Assembly (NCBI GenBank): GCA_030390025.1
Contig: CM059428.1
Span: 127,286,001 to 127,350,000, forward strand
Direction of reading: 5' to 3'
DNA: 64,000 nt
Origin: Squalus acanthias
Lineage: Eukaryota
Shown here piece by piece: positions 37,592 through 51,345 of this stretch (position 1 is its first letter; the number at the start of each line of letters is the position of its first letter). Position numbers and translations under genes: made by a program. Under the pieces are notes generated by a model. The model saw nothing but the letters and a program-made list of their open reading frames with translations. It was not told where the DNA came from and did no database searches.

Positions 37592-40422
37592 TCAGATACT
37601 TATCCAACTCCCTTTTGAAAACCGTGATTGAATCTGCCCCCACCACCCTTTCAGGTAGTACATTCCAGATCTTAACCACTCGCTGCGTAAAAAAGTTTTA
37701 ACCATGTCGCCTTTGGTTCTTTTGCCAATCACCTTAAATCTGTGTCCTCTGGTACTCGACCCTTCAGCCAATGGGAACAGTTTCCCTCTATCTACTCTGT
37801 CCAGACCCCTCATGATTTGAACACCTCTATCAAATCTCCTCTCAATCTTCTCTGCTCCAAGGAGAACAACCCCAGCTTCTCCAGTCTATTAACGTAACTG
37901 AAGTCCCTCATTCCTGGAATCATTCTCGTAAATCTTTCCTGCACCCTCTCTAAGGCCTTCACATTCCTCCTAAAGTGTGGTGCCCAGAATTGGACACAGT
38001 ACTCCAGTTGGGGCCGAACCAGTGTTTTATACAGGTTCATCATAATTTCCACATTTTTGTACTCTGTACCTCTATTTATGAAGCCCAGGTTCCCATAAGC
38101 CTTTTTAACTGCTTTCTCAACCTGCCCTACCACCTTCAACGATTTGTGCACATTTACCCCCAGGTTTCTCTGTTCGTGCACCCACTTCAGAATTGTACCA
38201 TTTAGTTTATATTGCCTCTCCTCATTCTTTCTACCAAAATGTATCACTTCACACTTTTCTGCGTTAAATTTCATCTGCCACGTGTCCGCCCATTTCACCA
38301 GCCTGTCTATGTCTCCCTGAAGTCTATCACTCTTCTCCTCACTGTTCACTATACTTCCAAGTTTTGTGTCATCTGCAAATTTTGAAATTGTGCCCTGTAC
38401 ACACACATCCAAGTCATTAATATATATCAAGAAAAGCAGTGGTCCTAGAACCAACCCCTGGGGAACACCATTGTATACCTTCCTCCAGTCTGAAAAACAA
38501 CCGTTCACCACTACTCTCTGTTTCCGATTACTTAGCCAATTCCGTATCCATGCTGCCACTGTCCCTTTTATTCCATGGGCTTCAACTTTGCTGGCAAACC
38601 TATTATGTGGCACTTTGTCAAACACCTTTTGGAAATCCATGTACACTATGTCAACTGCATTAACCTCATCAACCCTCTCTGTTACCTCATCAAAGAACTC
38701 AACCAAGTTGGTTAAACACGATTTTTCTTTAACAAATCCGTGCTGACTTTCCTTAATTAATCCACATTTGTCCAAGTGGCTGTTAATTTTGTCCGATTAC
38801 TGTTTCTAAAAGCTTCCCCACTACTGAGGTCAAACTGACTGGCCTGTAGTTGCTGGGTTTATCTTTACACCCTTTTTTGAACAATGGTGTAACATTTGTA
38901 ATTCTCCAGTCCTCTGGCGTGGGCCACCCCCGTATCTAAAGAGGATTGGAATATTATGGCCAGTATCTCCACGATTTCCTCCCTCAATTCCCTCAGCATC
39001 CTAGGATGCATCCCATCCGCTCCTGGTTATTTATCTACTTTAAGTACAACCAGCCTTTCTAATACCTCCTCTTTATCAATTTTTATCCTATCAAGTATCT
39101 CCACTACCTTCTCCTTTACTATGTCTATGGCAGCATCCTCTTCCTTGGTGAAGACAGATGCAAAGTACTCGTTTAGTACCTCAGCCATACCCTCTGCATC
39201 CATGCATAGATCCCCTTTTTGGTCTCTAATCGGCCCCACCCTTCCTCTTACTATCCTTTTACTATTTATATGCCTACAGAAGACTTTTGGATTACCTTTT
39301 ATGTTGGCTGCCATTCTATTCTCATACCCTCTCTTTGCCCCTCTTATTTTCTTTTTCACTTCTTCTCTGACCTTTCTATATATAGCCTGATTCTCAGATG
39401 TATTTGCAACCTGACATCTGTCATATGCGCTCTTTTTCTGCTTCATCATATTCTCTATCTCTTTCGTCATTCAGGGAGCCCTGACTTTAGTTGCCCTGCC
39501 TTTCCCCCTAGTGGGAATGTACCTGAACTATTTCCTCTTTAAAAGGCAGCCCATTGTTCCATTACAGTTTTGCCTGCCAATCTTTGATTCCAGTTTACCC
39601 GGGCCAGATCCATTCTCATCCCACTGAAATTGGCCTTCCCCCCCAGTTAAACATTTTTACTCTAGATTGCTCCCTGTCCTTTTTCATAGCTAATCTAAAC
39701 CTTATGATACTATGATCACTGTTCCCTAAATGTTCACCTACTGACACTTGCTCCACTTGACCCACATTCCCCAGAACCAGATCCAGCAATGCCTCCTCCC
39801 TCGTCGGGCCAGAAACATACTGATCAAGAAAGTTCTCCTGAACACATTTCAGAAATTCTTCTCCTTCTCTGCCCTCAACACTATTACGATCCCAGTCTAC
39901 ATTGAGATAGTTGAAGTCCCCCGTTATTACTACTTTATAGTTCTTGCACCTCTCTGTAATTTCTCTGCAAATTTGCTCCTCCATATCTTTCCTACTATTT
40001 GGTGGTCTATAGAATACACCTAGCAGTGTAATGGCACCTCTATTATTTCTTATCTCTAGCCATGTAGATTCTGTCCTTGACCCCTCCAGGACATCCTCCC
40101 TCTCCAGCACTGTAACATTCTCCTTGACCAGTACTGCCACACCACCTCCTATCTTTCCTTCCCTATCTTTCCTGAACACTTTATAACCAGGAATATTTAA
40201 AACCCAATCCTGCCCTTTTTTGAGCTAGGTCTCAGTTATTGCCACAACATCATATTCCCATGTGGCTATTTGTGCCTGCAGCTCACTTACGCTTCGTGCA
40301 CTCACATACCTACAATGTAAACCCATCTTAGACCATCCTGTGTTCTCTCTTAGTTTGACCCCACCTAATACCTTACTATTTCTTACTTTAGTGCTCTCTG
40401 CCTCTCCCAATCCTTTGAGCAC
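37592..40422 (-). pseudogene. CR1 ORF2 (APE endonuclease + reverse transcriptase), fragmented
   Basis: VAITET, YRPP, GDFN, SDH, QHGF, GVPQGLVLGPLLF and KFADD motifs across ORFs 40225-40422, 39616-40179, 39027-39470 and 37810-38775. Confidence 0.92.
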
Positions 40423-40472
40423 TTTATTTCCCCTTTCTAATGTTACATCCTGGTGCCCATCCCCCTGCCAAA

Positions 40473-41412
40473 TTAGTTTAAACCCTCCCCAACAGCACTA
40501 TCAAACCTCCCCGTGAGGATATTGGATCTGGCTCTGTTGAGGTGCAACCCATCCAGCCTGTACAGGTCCCACCTCCCCCAGAACCAGTCCCAATGCCCCA
40601 GGAATCTAAAGCCCTCCCTCCTGCACCATCTCTCTAGCCAAGCATTCATCTGCGCTATCCTCCTATTTCTATACTCACTAGCGCGTGGCACCGGGAGTAA
40701 TCCGGAGATTACTACCTTTGAGGTCCTGCTTTTTAATCTCTTTCCTAGCTCCCCGAAATCTGCCTGCAGGACCTCATCCCTCTTTCTACCTATGTCGTTG
40801 GTACTGATATGGACCACGACCCCTGGCTGTTCACCCTCCCACCTCAGAATGTTCTGCAGCCACTCAGTGACATCCTTGACCCTGGCACCAGGGAGGCAAC
40901 ATACCATCCTGGAGTCATGTCTGCGGCCGGAGAAACGCCTGTCTGCTCCCCTAACTATTGAATCCCCTACCACCTAGTGCTTTCCCACTCTTCTTCCTCC
41001 CCCCCTGTACAGCTGAGCCACCCGTGGTGCCGCAGACTTGGCTCTGACTATACTCCCCAGAGGAACCATAGCCCTCACCAGTACTCCAAACTGAATACTA
41101 GTTGGAGAGCGAGACTCCTGCACTACCTGCCTGGTCCTCCTCTTCTGTCTGGTGACCACCCATTCCCTCTCTGCCTGCACACTCTTTTATCTGCGGGGTG
41201 ACCACCTCCTGAAACGTGCTATCCAGAAGCTCTCAGCCTCACAGATGCACCGTAGTGACGCCAGCTGCTGCTCAAGCTCCAAAACCCGGAGCTCGAACTC
41301 CTCCAGCTGACGACACTTCCTGCACATGTGGTTGTCCAGAACACGGGAAGCATCCTGGAGTCCCCACATGGCACAGGAGGTGCATTCCACGGGACTGAGC
41401 TGCCCTGCCATG
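40473..41412 (-). pseudogene. CR1 ORF1 (CxxC zinc finger/leucine zipper + SGNH/GDSL esterase), frameshifted
   Basis: VECTSCAMW...MCRKCRQLEEFELRVLELE; VGDSIVRG...DGLHLN. Confidence 0.9.
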
Positions 41413-42081
41413 CCTTTGCTTAATAGACTATTAACTAGAAACACTTACCAGCTACTCACCAATCAGCTCCTTCCCTGGTTGTGACGTCACTCTAGCTGTT
41501 TTGCAGTTGGTGCTTTTGTTGGAGGGATTTGAAAACAAGGATGATAATTTTTAAATCGAGGCGTTGCTTAACCAGGAGCCAATGTATCAGCGAGCACCGG
41601 GGTTATGGGTGAACGGGACTTGGACACGGGCAGCAGAATTTTGGATGACCTCAAGTTTACATAGGGTAGAACGTGGAAGGCCCGCCATAGGTGCATTGGA
41701 ATAGTAAAGTCTAGAGGTAACAAAGGCATGGATAAGGGTTTCCAGCAGTAGATAAGCTGAGGCGGGGCAGAGTCAGGCGATGTTATGGAGGTGGAAATAG
41801 GCAGTCTTAGTTATGGAGCAGATATGTGGTCAGAAGCTCATTTCAGGGTCAAATAATGACACCAAGGTTGCAAACAGTCTGGTTCAGCCTCAGACAAATG
41901 CTAGGGAGAAGGATGGAGTCAGTGGCTAGGGAACCGAGTTTTGTGGCGGAGAACAAAGACAATGGCTTCAGTCTTCCCAATATTTAGTTGGAGGAAATTT
42001 CTGCTCATCCAGTACTGGATATCGGAACATTATTTTTAAGAATATTAACTCAACTAAATTGCAACTGCCTTTAAAGAAAGA

Positions 42082-42460
42082 AACTTCATGCCCTCAGCAA
42101 ATCCCAATGCAGTTTATAACCAATAAATTACTTTCTAAGTGTAGTGGCTATTGTTTTGTAGGCAAATATGCTAACCATCAGTCCCACAAACAGCAATGTG
42201 AAGAATGACCAGATAATCTATTATTGGTGGCGATTGAGGGATTGTAGTTAGGCAGCTCTTCAAATTACACCATAGGAGCATCCACCTGAACAGATGGACA
42301 GGGCCTCAGTTTACCATCTCATCTGAAAGATGGCACATCCAACCATGCAGCACTCCCTCATTTCTACACTAAAGTATCAATTTAGATTATATGCTCAAGT
42401 TCTAGAGTGGGGTTTGAACCCACACTCTTCTGATTCAGACAAGAGTGTCATTACTGACCG
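42082..42460 (-). mobile_element. Degraded Deu-domain SINE
   Basis: Reverse-complement similarity to 48624-49052. Confidence 0.75.
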
Positions 42461-43172
42461 AAGGTGGCAATACCCAACCATCTGTTCCTGTATGACCTAA
42501 AACTGCCCCTTTGTTTGATACTTCATCTCTATCACCTGGTATTGTCCCTTTTATCAGAATTTCCTTACAACTTGCCACTGTTCCCTTTGACACTTTACTC
42601 TCTATAACACAGCACTGTTCCATGTATCCAACTCTCCACTCTGACAGGGTTGTCCAAAGTCCAACCCTGAGGCCACGCATGAAGTCTTAACCTTGGCAAT
42701 AAAAACGTATACAGTCCAATTTCTATATTTATTATTCGCTGATTTGTCCCCTTTGAAGTGTATGGACCTGGAGGTTTGGAAAGGGCTGTTTTTAGTGCTA
42801 TTGCCTCACTGGTGGATGAATCCAAAATCTGATCACAAGATCTGTTGGAATCAGCAAGGAACTATATGAAAACTAACCGGGAACATAGATTTAAGCGTTC
42901 TAAGTGTCCACCGCCCAAAGTCCATGGTTTGCATCTATGCAGCCCACAGAGACAAAACGTTGGACATACCCTGGTGCTAACCGCTTTATCAGAATGGCAG
43001 CTCTCCTTTAACCCAACACCTCCCCCTTATCGGGGAGGCACAGCCCTCCCCGTATATCAGACTCCTCGCTCTAGCTGGGCCTCCCCTTTACCCGGTGTGA
43101 CCCGGCCCCCAGCCCCGCCCTGTCTGCCGGCTCCTCCCGCCGCCTTCTCTCCCTTTCTCTCAGTGTGTGAAG

Positions 43173-43312
43173 ATGGCGCCGATCGAGGCCAGCAAGTCCC
43201 GGCGACGGGCCGCTCACATCCCGGCAGCGGCGCAGAACAAGTGTCCGGAGGGCGAGCGGCGGCGGGCGGCCGGAGAGGATGAGGACGGAGAGGAGGAAGA
43301 GAACAACCTGTG
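43173..43312 (+). CDS. DYNC1LI1: Cytoplasmic dynein 1 light intermediate chain, coding exon 1
   Basis: AAGATGGCG start; MAPIEASKS...GEDEDGEEEENNLW; donor TG|GTAAGG. Paralog choice (LI1 vs LI2) is uncertain. Confidence 0.85.
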
Positions 43313-43419
43313 GTAAGGGCGACTGGTGGCGGGGCCCGGCCCGGCCTGTCTGTCTCTCTCTGGGAGCCGCGCTCTGTCCTGTCCTGTCCTGGCCGTACTG
43401 ACCGTGTCTTCTCTTCCAG

Positions 43420-43493
43420 GTCCTCCATCCTGAGTGAGGTGTCCACCCGCTCCCGCTCCAAGCTGCCGTCCGGTAAAGCCGTGCTGGTGACGG
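43420..43493 (+). CDS. DYNC1LI1: Dynein light intermediate chain exon 2
   Basis: Branch point TACTGAC, polypyrimidine tract and CAG acceptor; SSILSEVSTRSRSKLPSGKAVLVTG; donor GTGAGT; phase consistent with exons 1 and 3. Confidence 0.93.
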
Positions 43494-44269
43494 GTGAGTG
43501 AAGAGGCCTCGGCCCCGATCGCTTCTTGTTCTGCTTCTCTCGGCTCTTTGTCGGCGGTGCCGCCCTCCCTGCTGCTCCCCTTCCCGCTGCTCCCCTCCCG
43601 GGGGAGCCGGGCCCTCCCCGGTCTCCTCCCTCTTGCTGTTCACAACAACAAAAGCCTGTCGCCTTGTCCGGGCGCTGCGGGTCGCTCCAGGCCCCGGGGG
43701 GCTCACCTTCGCTGAGCTGCACAGCCCCCACTCCTCCTCTATCGGCCGGCTCCCGTTTGTCTGAGGCCGGGCTCGATTTTTCCTGCGATGTAAACTGCGG
43801 CCATTCATTCCACTGGCTCCAGGCCTGGCGTTGCCATGGGAAACCAGCCTGACGGGCGAGGAGCAGGCCGAGGCCGGCCCCAGCCCCCGGCATCTCCAGC
43901 TTGGTTCTGTGCTTTGACCGGCTCTTGTCTTTTGTTTCTATGACCCGATTGTCGAAGAAAGGCTTTATAGAATCAAAGCATAAAGTTATTTTTATTTTCG
44001 GTGCATGTTACGAACCTTATGATTTAAAGTCAATGAGCGTTATTGTTTGAACTGGAATACACAGGCCTGGATCAAAATATTTGGAATGGCTTGTTTTTTT
44101 GACCTATTTTTAAGTGGTCACCGCCTCTAGTCTTCCAAGCTTCTGTGGAGTGTGGTGGGTGAGGGGAAGGAACTGAAATACTAAATAGGGAACTGACAAT
44201 CTTCAATATTCAAGTTATTTTGGGTGGGAGTAACTCGTTAATATTGGTGGAAAGGTGAGAGCTGAGGCA

Positions 44270-44712
44270 TAACAGCACAACAGGAGGCCATTCGGCCCTT
44301 CGAGTCTGCGCAGGCTCTTTCGAAGAGCAATCCCCTTAATCCCACTCACTGGCTCTTTCCCCATATCCCTGCAATTTTTTCTTCAAGAATTTATCCAATT
44401 CCCTTTTGAAGGCTACTATTGAATCTGTATCCACCACCCGAACAGGCAGTGCATTCCAAATCCTACCCACTCGTTGCGATAAAAAAGTTTTTCCTCGTAC
44501 CGCCTCTTTTTTTGCCAATCACCGTAAATCTGTGCCCTCTGATTATCGACCCTTCAGCCATTGGAAACAGTTTCTCTTTATTTACTCTGTCTAAACTCTT
44601 CATGATTTTAAACACCTATCAAATCTCCTCTTAGCCTTCTCTGCTCTAAGGAGAACAACCCCAGTTTCTCAGTCTATCCACCTAACTGAAGTCCCTCATC
44701 CCTGGAACCATT
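44270..44712 (-). mobile_element. CR1 LINE 3' fragment
   Basis: FLSQRVGRIWNALP in ORF 44336-44518. Confidence 0.85.
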
Positions 44713-45175
44713 GCCATTGTTACCTTGTCCTTGGGGGGTGAACCTCATTACACAATGAGCTAATCATTAGAGTGAATGAATAGGGTATCAGCAGTTTTTG
44801 CTGTGTACCAGTATGTCTTAATAAATGCTTTAAAATGTTGTACCTTGGTACTATAGACTACAATGGACAAGCTTGTCTACTGCCATTCTGCTGTAAAGTG
44901 TATTTTTGCTGGTCATGTGGGCTTGAGAAATTAGGCCTGTATCTGCTGCATATTTGGTAAAGCATTGCCAGCAATTTAATGTTAACAAAAAACCTATGCA
45001 ATTTAAAAAAGATGTGGATTATTTTATATTGCATCCCAGGTAAAACCCTACAATAGCCATATTCTTAGTCAGTCTCGCACAGAATAGAACCCAGTAGTTA
45101 CACTTATTTTTATGCTCATCAGGGTATTTATTTTTGTGCTGTTCAAGGTGGAAAACATTATTGCTAGACAATGTA

Positions 45176-48100
45176 GCAACAACAACTTGCATTTATATAG
45201 CGCCTTTAATGTTGTAAAACATCCAAGGCGCTTCACAGCAGCGTTATCAAAACAAATTTGGCGCCGAATCACATGAGATATTAGGATTGATGACCGAAAG
45301 TTTGGTCAGAGCTAAGTTTTAAGGAGCGTCTTAACGGAGGAGAGAGGGGCGGAGAGGTTTAGGGAGGGAATTCCAGAGCTTCGGGCCTAGGCTGCTGAAG
45401 GCACATAAGCAGGAGTAGGCCATTCGGCCCTTCGAGCCTGCTCTGCCATTCAATGAGATCATGGCTGATCTTCTGCCTCAATTCCATTCACCGGCCCTAT
45501 CGCCATATCCCTTGATTCCCTTACTAGTCAGAACTCTATCGACTTCTGTTTTGAATATACCCAATGACTGAGCCTCCACCGCCCTCTGGGGTAGAGAATT
45601 CCAAAGATTCACCACCTTCTGTGTGAAGAAATTTCTTCTCATCTCAGTCCTGAATGGCCTATCCTTTATCCTGAGGCTGTGGCCCCTGGTTCTAGACTCC
45701 CCAGCCAAGGGAAACATTCTCCCAGCATCCACCCTATCAAGCCCTGTAATAATTTTGTATGCTTCAATGAGACCCCCTCTCATTCTTCTGAATTCAAGAG
45801 AATACAGGCCTAGTTTACTCAATCTCTTCTCATACGACAGTCCCGCCATCCCAAGAATTAATCTTGTGAACCTTCGTTGCACTCCCTCTATGGCAAGTAT
45901 ATCCTTCCTTAGGTAAGGAGACCAAAATTGTACACAGTACTCCAGGTGTGGTCTCACCAAGGCCCTATATAATTGGAGTAAGACTTCTTTACTCCTGTAC
46001 TCAAATCCTCTTGTAATGAAGGCCAGCACACCATTTGCCTTCCTAATGGCTTGCTGCACCTGCACATTCACTTTCAGTGACTCACGTACAAGGACACCCA
46101 GGTCCCTTTGAGCATCTGCATTCCCCAATCTTTCACCATTTAGGAAATACTCTGCCTTTCTGTTTTTTCTACCAAAGTGGACAACTTCACATTTATCCAC
46201 ATTATATTCCATCTGCCATGTTCTCGCCCACTCACTGAGCCTGTCGAGATCCCCTTGAAGCCTCTTCACATCCTCTGACACTTAGCTTTGTGTCATCAGC
46301 AAATTTGGAAATGTTACATTTAGTCCCCTCATCCAAATCATTGATATAGATTGTGAATAGCTGGGGCCCAAGCACTGATCCTTGCGGTACCCCACTAGTC
46401 ACAGCCTGCCATCCTGAAAAAGACCCGTTTATCCCTACTCTTTGTTTTCTGTCTGTTAACCAATTCTCAATCCATGCTAGTATATTACCCCCAATTCCGT
46501 GCCCTAATTTTGTTCACCAACCTCTTGTGTGGGACCTTATCGAAGGCCTTCTGAAAATCCAAATACACCACATCTATCGATTCCCCTTTGTCTACTCCAC
46601 TAGTTACATCCTCAGAGAACTCCAATAGGTTTGTCAAACAGGATTTCCCTTTTCATAAATCCATGTTGACTCTGCCCAATCTTACCATTAGTTTCTAAGT
46701 GCCCAGTTATTGCATCCTTTATAATAGATTCCAGCATTTTCCCAACTACTGATGTGAGGCTAACAAGTCTGTAGTTCTCCATTTTCTCTCTCCCTCCTTT
46801 CTTAAATAACGGGGTTACATTTGCTATCCTCCAATCTGCAGGCACTGTTCCAGAATCTATGGAATTTTGGAAGATGACAACCAATGCGTCCACTATCCCA
46901 ATGGCCACCACTTTCAAAACCCTAGGATGTAGGTCATCCGGTCCTTGAGATTTATCGACTTTTAGTCCCATTAATTTTGCTAGTACTGTTTTTTTACTAA
47001 TAATTTCTTTAAGTTCCTCATTCTCGCCACGCCCTTGGTTTTCTCGTATTTCTGGAAGATTTTTTGTGTCTTCCTCCATGAAGACAGAAACAAAGTATTT
47101 ATTTAATTTCTCAGCCATTTCCTCATTCCCCATTATAAATTCTCCTGTCTCTGACTGTAAAGGACCTACATTTACCTTCACCAGTCTTTTCCTTTTCACA
47201 TACCTATAGAAGCTTTTACAATCCGTTTTTATATTTTTTGCTAGTTTGTGCTCATATTCCATTTTCCCTTTCTTTATCAATTTCTTGGTCCCCCTTTGCT
47301 GATTTTTAAAAAGATCCCAATCCTCAGGCTGACCGCTTTTTCTGGCAACTTTATAAGCTTCCTCCTTTGACTTAATACTAGCTTTAATTTCTTTTGTTAG
47401 CCATGGTTGGATCACTTTTCCTTTTGGGTTTTTATGCCCTAGAGGAATATATGTTTGTTGCAAATTATGCATTATTTCCTTGAATATTAGCCATTGTATG
47501 TCCACCTTTATACCTTTTAGTGTAGTCTCCCAATCTACCATGGCCAACTTGTCTCTCATACCCTTGTAGTTTCCTCTGTTTAGATTGAAGACCTTGGTTT
47601 CAGATTGGACTACATCACTCTCAAACTTAATATAAAATTCAATCATATTATGGTCACTTGTCCCTAAAGGCCCTTTATCACAAGATTATTGATTAGCCCT
47701 TTCTCATTACACAGTACCAGATCCAGAATAGCCTGTTCCCTGGTTGGTTCCTCCACATACTGATCCAGGAAACCATCTCGCATGCATTCCAAGAATTCGT
47801 CCTCCACACCATTAGTGGTAATTTGATTTGCCCAGTCAATATGTAGATTAAAGTTTCCCATGATTACCGTATTGCCCTTGTTACATGCACTTCTAATCTC
47901 TTGATTGGTACTGTGCCCTACATTACCACTACTGTTTGGTTCACGGCTGCCAATGGAGTGATTTATATTCGGGGATGCGCAAGAGGCCAGAATTGGAGGA
48001 GCACAGAGATCTCTGAGGGTTGTAGGGCTGGAGGAGGTTACTGAGATGGGGAGGGGCGAGGCCATGGTGGGATTTGAAAACAAGAATGAGAATTTTAAAA

Positions 48101-48255
48101 CTGAGGTGTTGCTGGACCGGGAGCCAATGCAGGTCAGCAAGCATAGGGGTGATGGGTGAATGGGACTTGGTGCGAGTTAGGATACTGGCAGCCGAGTTTT
48201 GGATGAGCTCAAGTTTACGGAGGGTGCAAGGTGGGTGGCTGGCCAGGAGAGCATT
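45176..48255 (-). mobile_element. L2 LINE 3' part (45176-45404, 47941-48255) split by a CR1
   Basis: L2 tail complement; ORF 47941-48291 KLELIQNSAASILT...LHWLPV. Confidence 0.85.
45405..47940 (-). mobile_element. 5'-truncated CR1 LINE (ORF2 fragments)
   Basis: ORFs 45478-46281, 46612-47646 and 47664-47940 carry RT and endonuclease motifs. Confidence 0.92.
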
Positions 48256-48623
48256 TGGTGTCGGCATCAAGCGTTCCCAGCTGACATGCAATACAGCAAA
48301 TGTATTCCTCTACTTTGATGCAACAAGGTATTTTAGCCCAACCTCAAAAGTACCAAAACTGCATCAGTATGAAGTTTTAACTTCCCACACCTGCCATCCT
48401 TCTGGATGCTCAGCTGGAGGTTGCCAAATTTGGGCAGCTTTCTACTGTGAGCTTATGTTCATTAGATACTAGGTTGGAACTGCAGCAGCTCATTGTATTC
48501 AAGCACTCTGCATTCTTACTGAGACTGTTGCATTGAAATAATTTGATTTTTATCTATGCTACTAACCATTTTGCCTGGTTCTGCTATGGCAAAATCATTG
48601 TACATTCAAATGTCGTTTGAGTT

Positions 48624-49052
48624 GTGTCAGCCGTACCTCAGTTGGTAGCACCCTCGCCTCTGAATCAGAAGGTTGTGGGTTCAAGTCCCACTCCAGAGAC
48701 TTGAGCACAAAAATCTAGGCTGACACTCCAGTGCAGTGCTGAGGGAGTGCTGCACTGTCGGAGGTGCCATCTTTCAGGTGGATGTAAAAGATCCCATGGC
48801 ACTATTTCGAAGAAGAGCAGGGGAGTTATCCCCGATGTCCTGGCCATTATTTATCCCTCAATGAACATCACTAAAAAAATAATTATCTGGTCATTATCAC
48901 ATTGCTGTTTGTGGGAGTTTGCTGTGAGCAAATTGGCTGCCGCATTTCCTACGTTACAAGATTGACTACACTTCAAAAAATACTTAATTGGCTGTAAAGT
49001 GCTTTGGGACGTCCGGCGGTCGTGAAAGGCGATATATAAATGCAAGTCTTTT
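48624..49052 (+). mobile_element. tRNA-derived Deu-domain SINE (SacSINE1-like)
   Basis: Box A/B head (CTCAGTTGG, GGTTCAAGTCC), Deu-like body and L2-like tail GCAAGTCTTT. Confidence 0.85.
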
Positions 49053-49182
49053 TAAACTGATGTAACCATTTTTACTTTTCTGGTATTTCATCTCACTGAA
49101 GAATCTCTAATATCCTGCCTGACAAGAACATAAAGTCACTATATAGGACCAGTAGGTGACACACACGGCTGGACCAACATTG

Positions 49183-49283
49183 GGGGAAGATTTCCTCTTT
49201 GCTGTTTAGAAAAATTGTAAAAGTGAATATAAAGAACCTATTTATGATTTCATTGCAAATAGCGAGCAGAAGAAATCTTCTGC
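49183..49283. repeat. Mini-MITE
   Basis: Inverted ends GAAGATTTCCTCT / AGAAGAAATCTTC. Confidence 0.5.
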
Positions 49284-49856
49284 AATAATGATAAAAAGTA
49301 CTTATGGTACCGGTATTTACAGTTTATAAAAGGCCTGTACAGAATGCTCAACACCTGTGGCAGTGTGGGCCAAATATGTTGGTGTTAGCATTGGAATGGA
49401 TTTTCTGGCCTGTCGGCCATTTGCAGTGATCTAATTATTTGTATAGGTATGCCATCATGGGTTTTTTGGGAGCCATACAAAACCGCTTCATTGACCGGTT
49501 CATCAATGCTATAGTGTTCTGCACCATATTGGTTTCCTAGGATTTTGTAAGTGAACAAATTAGCCACGACTTATGGAGCATACAGGTGAGCTGTTCATTT
49601 CTGAGGTTTTATGCTAGATATTATGGGTTCAGCATTGCAAACTTTGTGTCTTCTACAAATCAGAGTGTGTTTATACCTATCCAACATCTCAATAATAAAC
49701 AGTATGGCTAAACACTTACAGTATTCTTGACTTTGGTAGGTGAATGAATATACATTCCATCAGACAAATATTCAGGCTATTTAACAGTAAATGAACATAT
49801 TGCAAGTATGTTAGTGTTGCAGTAATTACAAACTTTACTATTCTCTTCTATTAAAG

Positions 49857-50030
49857 GTGTCAGCTGTGGCTCAGTGATAGCAAACTCAATTCTGAGTCAG
49901 AAGGTTGTGGGTTCAACCTCCATTCCAGAGACATGAGCACATAATCTAAGCTGACACCAATGCAATATTGAGGGAATGCTGCACTGTCGGAGGTGCCGTC
50001 TTTCAGATGAGTCATTAAACTGAGGCCCTG
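49857..50030 (+). mobile_element. Deu-SINE 5' fragment
   Basis: tRNA-like head matching the SINE at 48624. Confidence 0.8.
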
Positions 50031-51222
50031 CAAATGCCCTCACATGTAGTTTCAGCTAACACAAGTGAACTATTAAGAATATGTTGTTTTGTTGGAGATG
50101 TTGTCACCCCGAGACATCTGTCGATCAAGCCTACTATTCCAAAAAAGACCTCCAGACCTCAATCACATACATTGTTTGCATGGAATAAGATGGCCTGATT
50201 CATTGATCTGCAACAAATAATTTGAATGAACTGTACAGATCCCAGAGTACAGTGGCAGCAATCAGACTGCACAAACGGAGGCATTCCTGAAGTATGTGTA
50301 ACTACTTTTGTCCTGAGGTGTGAAAATTAGCCATTATGTTAGTTGCAGAAATATTTGGCAGGAACTGATCTGAACATTGGGTGTTCCATGTTCAGCAAGG
50401 AAAAATTTGACAAATAATTTAATGTAGATAATCTGCCTGTTACATAGTCCGGTGCTTTCTTTGTTTCTTTTAAAGTAACTTCATACAATTTAATGAACAG
50501 CAGTTATGTTGACATCAAGATTGGCATATTTTTTGTAGACTACTTTATCCCGCATGTCATCTGCTTGGGTCTCATTGATGTTTTCTTTGTTTTTAAAGAA
50601 AGGCTTTTTATTTTTGTGTTGCATAGGTGTCCTACGTTGAGTGGTGGTGGAATGATGAGTTGACAGCATTGATGCTTTGATCCCTCAGATCTTCATTGTT
50701 GAAAGCTTTGTTTATGATAGTGGGACCCTCTACATACAGTAGGGAGCTCTAAAATGACACGTTCATGTGCCAGCAATTGCACTCTGAATCGCTCCCGTGT
50801 TTACTTCAGATTTGGAGGACTAGTTCATTCTTTCACTTCCAAAACCTGATCTGAGTTCCTTTGCTTGGTAATGTCACAACACATGCAGTTTAGCAAATTT
50901 TTGAACCATGAATTAAAATATTTTTTAACATTATCCCCAGGCGGTACAACCACTTGGAGAATGAGATTAGAAGTTAAGAGAATTTTCTCAGATCTACTGT
51001 GTGATTCCTAGACCACCAGGTTCTGGTGGTTCCACAGTCCGATCAGGAGATCAAATAAATCTGCCGTTGACTTTGTTTATATATCATCTTCAGCGTCATT
51101 GTGAAGTGAAAACTGTTTTGCAGTAAAACTGAAGAAAGTGTGTAATTGCAGCCTAAGTAGAACTGGAGTGGAAAACTTCAGGGAGGAAGAACAGATGTGC
51201 AGATAAAAAAGGACCTGTTTAG

Positions 51223-51345
<123 letters not shown>

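Larger units (their letters stand above)
37467..41520 (-). mobile_element. Apparently full-length CR1 LINE (disrupted ORF1 and ORF2)
   Basis: 5'UTR with GTGACGTCAC, ORF1 zinc-finger and esterase regions, ORF2 endonuclease and RT, and an (ATTCTATG)n tail. Confidence 0.93.
36895..42025 (-). mobile_element. L2 LINE 3' part (36895-37466 and 41521-42025), split by a Penelope hairpin and a CR1
   Basis: Tail complement ACAACTTGTATTTATATAGCGCC. The sequence resumes across the CR1 as ...AAGGCCAT / GGAGGGATTTGAAAACAAGG. Confidence 0.85.
43060..43900 (+). promoter_or_regulatory. CpG island promoter of the dynein light intermediate chain gene
   Basis: Sharp GC/CpG rise spanning exons 1-2; GC box CCCCGCCC near 43113. 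Confidence 0.8.

Noticed and set aside
40473-40973. Stand-alone or horizontally acquired GDSL esterase
   Set aside because: It is the known ORF1 esterase domain of CR1 LINEs, in its normal position.
43057-43893. Long minus-strand ORFs (278 and 245 aa)
   Set aside because: GC-rich, stop-poor CpG island antisense to real exons; no recognisable domain.
48624-48700. tRNA gene
   Set aside because: It is the tRNA-derived head of a SINE, with body and tail following.
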